In this document: positions 55,201-64,000 of the stretch, piece by piece
How the letters are laid out: the number at the start of each line of letters is the position of its first letter
How positions within the stretch are numbered: the stretch's first letter is position 1
Assembly: GCA_964016885.1 (NCBI GenBank)
Contig: OZ024743.1
Coordinates: 173,910,001 to 173,974,000, forward strand
Source: Eledone cirrhosa
Lineage: Eukaryota
Direction: 5' to 3'
DNA length: 64,000 nucleotides
Made by a program: the position numbers and the translations under genes
The notes under the pieces: model-generated
Databases searched by the model: none
The model's input: only the letters and a program-made list of their open reading frames with translations
Told to the model about the DNA's origin: nothing

Positions 55201-58200
55201 CCAATACTACAGACACACACTCAGGGCTAGGGTATGTACCCTCTCCCAGTTGTTCTCCTCCAATACTACAGACACACACTCAGGGCTAGGGTATGAACCC
55301 TCTCTTAGTTGTCCTCCTCCAATACTACAGACACACACTCAGGGCTAGGGTATGAACCCTCTCCTAGTTGTCCTCCTCCAATACTACAGACACACACTCA
55401 GGGCTAGGGTATGAACCCTCTCTTAGTTGTCCTCCTCCAATACTACAGACACACACTCAGGGCTAGGGTATGAACCCTCTCCTAGTTGTCCTCCTCCAAT
55501 ACTACAGACACACACTCAGGGCTAGGGTATGAACCCTCTCTTAGTTGTCCTCCTCCAATACTACAGACACACACTCAGGGCTAGGGTATGAACCCTCTCC
55601 TAGTTGTCCTCTTCCAATACTACAGACACACACTCAGGGCTAGGGTATGAACCCTCTCTTAGTTGTCCTCCTCCAATACTACAGACACACACTCAGGGCT
55701 AGGGTATTAACCCTCTCTTAGTTGTCCTCCTCCAATACTACAGATACACACTCAGGGCTAGGGTATGAACCCTCTCTTAGTTGTCCTCCTCCAATACTAC
55801 AGACACACACTCAGGGCTAGGGTATTAACCCTCTCTTAGTTGTCCTCCTCCAATACTACAGACACACACTCAGGGCTAGGGTATGAACCCTCTCTTAGTT
55901 GTCCTCCTCCAATACTACAGACACACACTCAGGGCTAGGGTATTAACCCTCTCTTAGTTGTCCTCCTCCAATACTAAGACACACACTCAGGGCTAGGGTA
56001 TGAACCCTCTCTTAGTTGTCCTCCTCCAATACTACAGACACACACTCAGGGCTAGGGTATGAACCCTCTTTTAGTTGTCCTCCTGCAATACTACAGACAC
56101 ACACTCAGGGCTAGGGTATGAACCCTCTCTTAGTTGTCCTCCTCCAATACTACAGACACACACTCAGGGCTAGGGTATTAACCCTCTCTTAGTTGTCCTC
56201 CTCCAATACTAGAGACACACACTCAGGGCTAGGGTATGAACCCTCTCTTAGTTGTCCTCCTCCAATACTACAGACACACACTCAGGGCTAGGGTATGAAC
56301 CCTCTCTTAGTTGTCCTCCTCCAATACTACAGACACACACTCAGGGCTAGGGTATGAACCCTCTCCTAGTTGTCCTCCTCCAATACTACAGACACACACT
56401 CAGGGCTAGGGTATGAACCCTCTCTTAGTTGTCCTCCTCCAATACTACAGACACACACTCAGGGCTAGGGTATTAACCCTCTCTTAGTTGTCCTCCTCCA
56501 ATACTACAGACACACACTCAGGGCTAGGGTATGAACCCTCTCTTAGTTGTCCTCCTCCAATACTACAGACACACACTCAGGGCTAGGGTATTAACCCTCT
56601 CTTAGTTGTCCTCCTCCAATACTACAGACACACACTCAGGGCAAGGGTATGAACCCTCTCTTAGTTGTCCTCCTCCAATACTACAGACACACACTCAGGG
56701 CTAGGGTATTAACCCTCTCTTAGTTGTCCTCCTCCAATACTACAGACACACACTCAGGGCTAGGGTATGAACCCTCTCTTAGTTGTCCTCCTCCAATACT
56801 ACAGACACACACTCAGGGCTAGGGTATGAACCCTCTATTAGTTGTCCTTCTCCAATACTACAGACACACACTCAGGGCTAGAGTATTAACCCTCTCTTAG
56901 TTGCCCTCCTCCAATACTACAGACACACACTCAGGGCTAGGGTATGAACCCTCTCTTAGTTGTCCTCCTCCAATACTACAGACACACACTCAGGGCTAGG
57001 GTATGAACCCTCTCTTAGTTGTCCTCCTCCAATACTACAGACACACACTCAGGGCTAGGGTATGAACCCTCTCTTAGTTGTCCTCCTCCAATACTACAGA
57101 CACACACTCAGGGCTAGGGTATGAACCCTCTCTTAGTTGTCCTCCTCCAATACTACAGACACACACTCAGGGCTAGGGTATTAACCCTCTCTTAGTTGTC
57201 CTCCTCCAATACTAGACACACACTCAGGGCTAGGGTATGAACCCTCTTTTAGTTGTCCTCCTCCAATACTACAGACACACACTCAGGGCTAGGGTATGAA
57301 CCCTCTCTTAGTTGTCCTCCTCCAATACTACAGACACACACTCAGGGCTAGGGTATTAACCCTCTCTTAGTTGTCCTCCTCCAATACTACAGACACACAC
57401 TCAGGGCTAGGGTATGAACCCTCTCTTAGTTGTCCTCCTCCAATACTACAGACACACACTCAGGGCTAGGGTATGACCCTCTCTTAGTTGTCCTCCTCCA
57501 ATACTACAGACACACACTCAGGGCTAGGGTATGAACCCTCTTTTAGTTGTCCTCCTCCAATACTACAGACACACACTCAGGGCTAGGGTATTAACCCTCT
57601 CTTAGTTGTCCTCCTCCAATACTAGACACACACTCAGGGCTAGGGTATGAACCCTCTTTTAGTTGTCCTCCTCCAATACTACAGACACACACTCAGGGCT
57701 AGGGTATGAACCCTCTCTTAGTTGCCCTCCTCCAATACTACAGACACACACTCAGGGCTAGGGTATTTACCCTCTCTTAGTTGCCCTCCTCCAATACTAC
57801 AGACACACACTCAGGGCTAGGGTATTAACCCTCTCTTAGTTGTCCTCCTCCAATACTACAGACACACACTCAGGGCTAGGGTATGAACCCTCTCTTAGTT
57901 GTCCTCCTCCAATACTACAGATACACACTCAGGGCTAGGGTATGAACCCTCTCTTAGTTGTCCTCCTCCAATACTACAGACACACACTCAGGGCTAGGGT
58001 ATTAACCCTCTCTTAGTTGTCCTCCTCCAATACTACAGACACACACTCAGGGCTAGGGTATGAAACCTCTCTTAGTTGTCCTCCTCCAATACTACAGACA
58101 CACACTCAGGGCTAGGGTATTAACCCTCTCTTAGTTGTCCTCCTCCAATACTACAGACACACACTCAGGGCTAGGGTATGAACCCTCTCTTAGTTGTCCT

Positions 58201-61200
58201 CCTCCAATACTACAGACACACACTCAGGGCTAGGGTATGAACCCTCTTTTAGTTGTCCTCCTCCAATACTACAGACACACACTCAGGGCTAGGGTATGAA
58301 CCCTCTATTAGTTGTCCTTCTCCAATACTACAGACACACACTCAGGGCTAGAGTATTAACCCTCTCTTAGTTGTCCTCCTCCAATACTACAGACACACAC
58401 TCAGGGCTAGGGTATGAACCCTCTCTTAGTTGTCCTCCTCCAATACTACAGACACACACTCAGGGCTAGGGTATGAACCCTCTCTTAGTTGTCCTCCTCC
58501 AATACTACAGACACACACTCAGGGCTAGGGTATTAACCCTCTCTTAGTTGTCCTCCTCCAATACTACAGACACACACTCAGGGCTAGGGTATTAACCCTC
58601 TCTTAGTTGTCTTCCTCCAATACTAGACACACACTCAGGGCTAGGGTATGAACCCTCTTTTAGTTGTCCTCCTCCAATACTACAGACACACACTCTGGGC
58701 TAGGGTATGAACCCTCTCTTAGTTGTCCTCCTCCAATACTACAGACACACACTCAGGGCTAGGGTATTAACCCTCTCTTAGTTGTCCTCCTCCAATACTA
58801 CAGACACACACTCAGGGCTAGGGTATGAACCCTCTCTTAGTTGTCCTCCTCCAATACTACAGACACACACTCAGGGCTAGGGTATGAACCCTCTCTTAGT
58901 TGTCCTCCTCCAATACTACAGACACACACTCAGGGCTAGGGTATTAACCCTCTCTTAGTTGTCCTCCTCCAATACTACAGACACACACTCAGGGCTAGGG
59001 TATGAACCCTCTCTTAGTTGTCCTCCTCCAATACTACAGACACACACTCAGGGCTAGGGTATTAACCCTCTCTTAGTTGTCCTCCTCCAATACTACAGAC
59101 ACACACTCAGGGCTAGGGTATGAACCCTCTCTTAGTTGTCCTCCTCCAATACTACAGACACACACTCAGGGCTAGGGTATGAACCCTCTATTAGTTGTCC
59201 TTCTCCAATACTACAGACACACACTCAGGGCTAGAGTATTAACCCTCTCTTAGTTGCCCTCCTCCAATACTACAGACACACACTCAGGGCTAGGGTATGA
59301 ACCCTCTCTTAGTTGTCCTCCTCCAATACTACAGACACACACTCAGGGCTAGGGTATGAACCCTCTCTTAGTTGTCCTCCTCCAATACTACAGACACACA
59401 CTCAGGGCTAGGGTATGAACCCTCTCTTAGTTGTCCTCCTCCAATACTACAGACACACACTCAGGGCTAGGGTATGAACCCTCTCTTAGTTGTCCTCCTC
59501 CAATACTACAGACACACACTCAGGGCTAGGGTATGAACCCTCTCTTAGTTGTCCTCCTCCAATACTACAGACACACACTCAGGGCTAGGGTATGAACCCT
59601 CTCCTAGTTGTCCTCCTCCAATACTACAGACACACACTCAGGGCTAGGGTATGAACCCTCTCTTAGTTGTCCTCCTCCAATACTACAGACACACACTCAG
59701 GGCTAGGGTATTAACCCTCTCTTAGTTGTCCTCCTCCAATACTACAGACACACACTCAGGGCTAGGGTATGAACCCTCTCTTAGTTGTCCTCCTCCAATA
59801 CTACAGACACACACTCAGGGATAGGGTATGAACCCTCTTTTAGTTGTCCTCCTCCAATACTACAGACACACACTCAGGGCTAGGGTATGAACCCTCTATT
59901 AGTTGTCCTTCTCCAATACTACAGACACACACTCAGGGCTAGAGTATTAACCCTCTCTTAGTTGTCCTCCTCCAATACTACAGACACACACTCAGGGCTA
60001 GGGTATGAACCCTCTCTTAGTTGTCCTCCTCCAATACTACAGACACACACTCAGGGCTAGGGTATGAACCCTCTCTTAGTTGTCCTCCTCCAATACTACA
60101 GACACACACTCAGGGCTAGGGTATTAACCCTCTCTTAGTTGTCCTCCTCCAATACTACAGACACACACTCAGGGCTAGGGTATGAACCCTCTCTTAGTTG
60201 TCCTCCTCCAATACTACAGACACACACTCAGGGCTAGGGTATGAACCCTCTCTTAGTTGTCCTCCTCCAATACTACAGACACACACTCAGGGCTAGGGTA
60301 TGAACCCTCTCTTAGTTGTCCTCCTCCAATACTACAGACACACACTCAGGGCTAGGGTATGAACCCTCTTTTAGTTGTCCTCCTCCAATACTACAGACAC
60401 ACACTCAGGGCTAGGGTATTAACCCTCTCTTAGTTGTCCTCCTCCAATACTAGACACACACTCAGGGCTAGGGTATGAACCCTCTTTTAGTTGTCCTCCT
60501 CCAATACTACAGACACACACTCAGGGCTAGGGTATTAACCCTCTCTTAGTTGTCCTCCTCCAATACTACAGACACACACTCAGGGCTAGGGTATGAACCC
60601 TCTCTTAGTTGTCCTCCTCCAATACTACAGACACACACTCAGGGATAGGGTATGAACCCTCTTTTAGTTGTCCTCCTCCAATACTACAGACACACACTCA
60701 GGGCTAGGGTATGAACCCTCTATTAGTTGTCCTTCTCCAATACTACAGACACACACTCAGGGCTAGAGTATTAACCCTCTCTTAGTTGTCCTCCTCCAAT
60801 ACTACAGACACACACTCAGGGCTAGGGTATGAACCCTCTCTTAGTTGTCCTCCTCCAATACTACAGACACACACTCAGGGCTAGGGTATGAACCCTCTCT
60901 TAGTTGTCCTCCTCCAATACTACAGACACACACTCAGGGCTAGGGTATTAACCCTCTCTTAGTTGTCCTCCTCCAATACTACAGACACACACTCAGGGCT
61001 AGGGTATTAACCCTCTCTTAGTTGTCCTCCTCCAATACTAGACACACACTCAGGGCTAGGGTATGAACCCTCTTTTAGTTGTCCTCCTCCAATACTACAG
61101 ACACACACTCAGGGATAGGGTATGAACCCTCTCTTAGTTGTCCTCCTCCAATACTACAGACACACACTCAGGGCTAGGGTATTAACCCTCTCTTAGTTGT

Positions 61201-64000
61201 CCTCCTCCAATACTACAGACACACACTCAGGGCTAGGGTATGAACCCTCTCTTAGTTGTCCTCCTCCAATACTACAGACACACACTCAGGGCTAGGGTAT
61301 GAACCCTCTCTTAGTTGTCCTCCTCCAATACTACAGACACACACTCAGGGCTAGGGTATGAACCCTCTTTTAGTTGTCCTCCAATACTACAGACACACAC
61401 TCAGGGCTAGGGTATTAACCCTCTCTTAGTTGTCCTCCTCCAATACTAGACACACACTCAGGGCTAGGGTATGAACCCTCTTTTAGTTGTCCTCCTCCAA
61501 TATTACAGACACACACTCAGGGCTAGGGTATGAACCCTCTCTTAGTTGCCCTCCTCCAATACTACAGACACACACTCAGGGCTAGGGTATTAACCCTCTC
61601 TTAGTTGTCCTCCTCCAATACTACAGACACACACTCAGGGCTAGGGTATGAACCCTCTCTTAGTTGTCCTCCTCCAATACTACAGACACACACTCAGGGC
61701 TAGGGTATGAACCCTCTCTTAGTTGTCCTCCTCCAATACTAGACACACACTCAGGGCTAGGGTATGAACCCTCTTTTAGTTGTCCTCCTCCAATACTACA
61801 GACACACACTCAGGGCTAGGGTATGAACCCTCTCTTAATTGTCCTCCTCCAATACTACAGACACACACTCAGGGCTAGGGTATGTACCCTCTCCTAGTTG
61901 TCCTCCTCCAATACTACAGACACACACTCAGGGCTAGGGTATGAACCCTCTCTTAGTTGTCCTCCTCCAATACTACAGACACACACTCAGGGCTAGGGTA
62001 TTAACCCTCTCTTAGTTGTCCTCCTCCAATACTAGACACACACTCAGGGCTAGGGTATGAGCCCTCTTTTAGTTGTCCTCCTCCAATACTACAGACACAC
62101 ACTCAGGGCTAGGGTATGAACCCTCTCTTAGTTGTCCTCCTCCAATACTACAGACACACACTCAGGGCTAGGGTATTAACCCTCTCTTAGTTGTCCTCCT
62201 CCAATACTACAGACACACACTCAGGGCTAGGGTATGAACCCTCTCTTAGTTGTCCTCCTCCAATACTACAGACACACACTCAGGGCTAGGGTATGAACCC
62301 TCTCTTAGTTGTCCTCCTCCAATACTACAGACACACACTCAGGGCTAGGGTATGAACCCTCTTTTAGTTGTCCTCCTCCAATACTACAGACACACACTCA
62401 GGGCTAGGGTATTAACCCTCTCTTAGTTGTCCTCCTGCAATACTAGACACACACTCAGGGCTAGGGTATGAACCCTCTCTTAGTTGTCCTCCTCCAATAC
62501 TACAGACACACACTCAGGGCTAGGGTATGAACCCTCTCTTAGGTGTCCTCCTCCAATACTACAGACACACACTCAGAGCTAGGGTATGAACCCTCTCTTA
62601 GTTGTCCTCCTCCAATACTACAGACACACACTCAGGGCTAGGGTATGAACCCTCTCTTAGTTGTCCTCCTCCAATACTAGACACACACTCAGGGCTAGGG
62701 TATGAACCCTCTCTTAGTTGTCCTCCTCCAATACTACAGACACACACTCAGGGCTAGGGTATGAACCCTCTCTTAGGTGTCCTCCTCCAATACTACAGAC
62801 ACACACTCAGAGCTAGGGTATGAACCCTCTCTTAGTTGTCCTCCTCCAATACTACAGACACACACTCAGGGCTAGGGTATGAACCCTCTCTTAGGTGTCC
62901 TCCTCCAATACTAGACACACACTCAGGGGTAGGGTATGTACCCTCTCTTAGTTGTCATCCTCCAATACTAGACACACACTCAGGGCTAGGGTATGTACCC
63001 TCTCTTAGTTGTCTTCCTCCAATACTACAGACACACACTCAGGGCTAGGGTATGTACCCTCTCCTAGATGTCCTCCTCCAATACTACAGACACACACTCA
63101 GGGCTAGGGTATGAACCCTCTCTTAGTTGTCCTCCTCCAATACTACAGACACACACTCAGGGCTAGGGTATGAACCCTCTCTTAGTTGTCCTCCTCCAAT
63201 ACTACAGACACACACTCAGGGCTAGGGTATGTACCCTCTCCCAGTTGTTCTCCTCCAATACTACAGACACACACTCAGGGCTAGGGTATGAACCCTCTCT
63301 TAGTTGTCCTCCTCCAATACTACAGACACACACTCAGGGCTAGGGTATGAACCCTCTCCTAGTTGTCCTCCTCCAATACTACAGACACACACTCAGGGCT
63401 AGGGTATGAACCCTCTCTTAGTTGTCCTCCTCCAATACTACAGACACACACTCAGGGCTAGGGTATGAACCCTCTCTTAGTTGTCCTCCTCCAATACTAC
63501 AGACACACACTCAGGGCTAGGGTATGAACCCTCTCCTAGTTGTCCTCCTCCAATACTACAGACACACACTCAGGGCTAGGGTATGAACCCTCTCTTAGTT
63601 GTCCTCCTCCAATACTACAGACACACACTCAGGGCTAGGGTATTAACCCTCTCTTTGTTGTCCTCCTCCAATACTACAGACACACACTCAGGGCTAGGGT
63701 ATGAACCCTCTCTTAGTTGTCCTCCTCCAATACTACAGACACACACTCAGGGCTAGGGTATTAACCCTCTCTTAGTTGTCCTCCTCCAATACTACAGACA
63801 CACACTCAGGGCTAGGGTATGAACCCTCTCTTAGTTGTCCTCCTCCAATACTACAGACACACACTCAGGGCTAGGGTATTAACCCTCTCTTAGTTGTCCT
63901 CCTCCAATACTACAGACACACACTCAGGGCTAGGGTATGAACCCTCTCTTAGTTGTCCTCCTCCAATACTACAGACACACACTCAGGGCTAGGGTATGAA

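Larger units (their letters stand above)
1..64000. repeat. 59-bp satellite tandem array (~1,090 monomers, single orientation, open at both window edges)
   Basis: The same 59-mer recurs on every line, shifting by 1 base per 60-bp row. Most monomers differ from consensus at 0-3 positions. A common 57-bp variant has TACTACAG>TACTAG. No non-repeat sequence was seen. Confidence 0.99.

Noticed and set aside
1362-63048. All 62-89 aa ORFs on both strands (MSSSNTTDTHSGLGY..., MCVCSIGG..., MNPLLVVLLQ...)
   Set aside because: They are translations of the satellite. They exceed the length cut-off only where 57-bp monomers (a multiple of 3) or TAG>CAG variants delay the stop. They mirror each other on both strands, mostly use TTG/GTG-type starts and have no unique flanks or recognisable domain.
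1-64000. CRISPR array or other repeat-spacer system
   Set aside because: There are no unique spacers. The whole unit is repeated, the variable positions are a few recurrent substitutions, and no cas genes or leader are present.
1-64000. Tandem hammerhead ribozyme or retrozyme-type satellite
   Set aside because: The conserved CUGANGA and GAAA core motifs are absent from the consensus on both strands. The minus strand has CTGAGTG only.
1-64000. Rolling-circle or sequencing concatemer of a single small circle
   Set aside because: Variants are inherited in nested blocks at many offsets, as expected of an evolved genomic array rather than random errors on one template.
1-64000. Canonical telomerase-synthesised telomere tract
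   Set aside because: The 59-bp unit is far longer than typical telomerase repeats, and kb-scale duplications of variant order indicate recombination-based amplification. Only one exact TTAGGG was noticed (~38247).
1-64000. A single fixed-period higher-order repeat, or an information-bearing code in variant order
   Set aside because: Offsets between marker cassettes are irregular (about 0.8 to 22 kb), and the order is adequately explained by successive duplications and deletions.
1-64000. tRNA, 5S, snRNA or spliced-leader tandem gene array
   Set aside because: The unit has no cloverleaf, recognisable pol III A/B boxes or Sm site, and it is too short to hold a gene plus spacer.

Overview
The whole 64 kb window is one uninterrupted head-to-tail tandem array (satellite DNA) of a 59-bp monomer, consensus ACCCTCTCTTAGTTGTCCTCCTCCAATACTACAGACACACACTCAGGGCTAGGGTATGA (29/59 GC, no CpG). 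There are about 1,090 copies, all in one orientation, and the array runs off both edges. I found no unique sequence, credible gene, RNA gene, transposon or CRISPR spacer. All listed ORFs are artefacts of 57-bp deletion monomers that postpone the frameshift into a stop codon. The information lies in the variants. A small set of recurrent monomer types (TATGA/TATTA/TATGT, CTTAG/CCTAG/TTTAG/ATTAG/CCCAG, AACCC/AACGC, 57-bp delta-AC) is arranged in dimers, ordered cassettes, recent tandem duplications (about 1.05, 1.18, 1.47, 1.59 and 5.18 kb) and long-range copies (about 14 and 20-22 kb). There is also an A-B-A layering of variant families. The monomer carries two telomere-like hexamers (TCAGGG CTAGGG) and a short inverted repeat (AGGGT-N4-ACCCT). 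The most likely source is a eukaryotic subtelomeric, centromeric or heterochromatic satellite, but the organism and function cannot be determined from this sequence. I see no support for a novel protein-coding system. All offsets and counts were read by eye.
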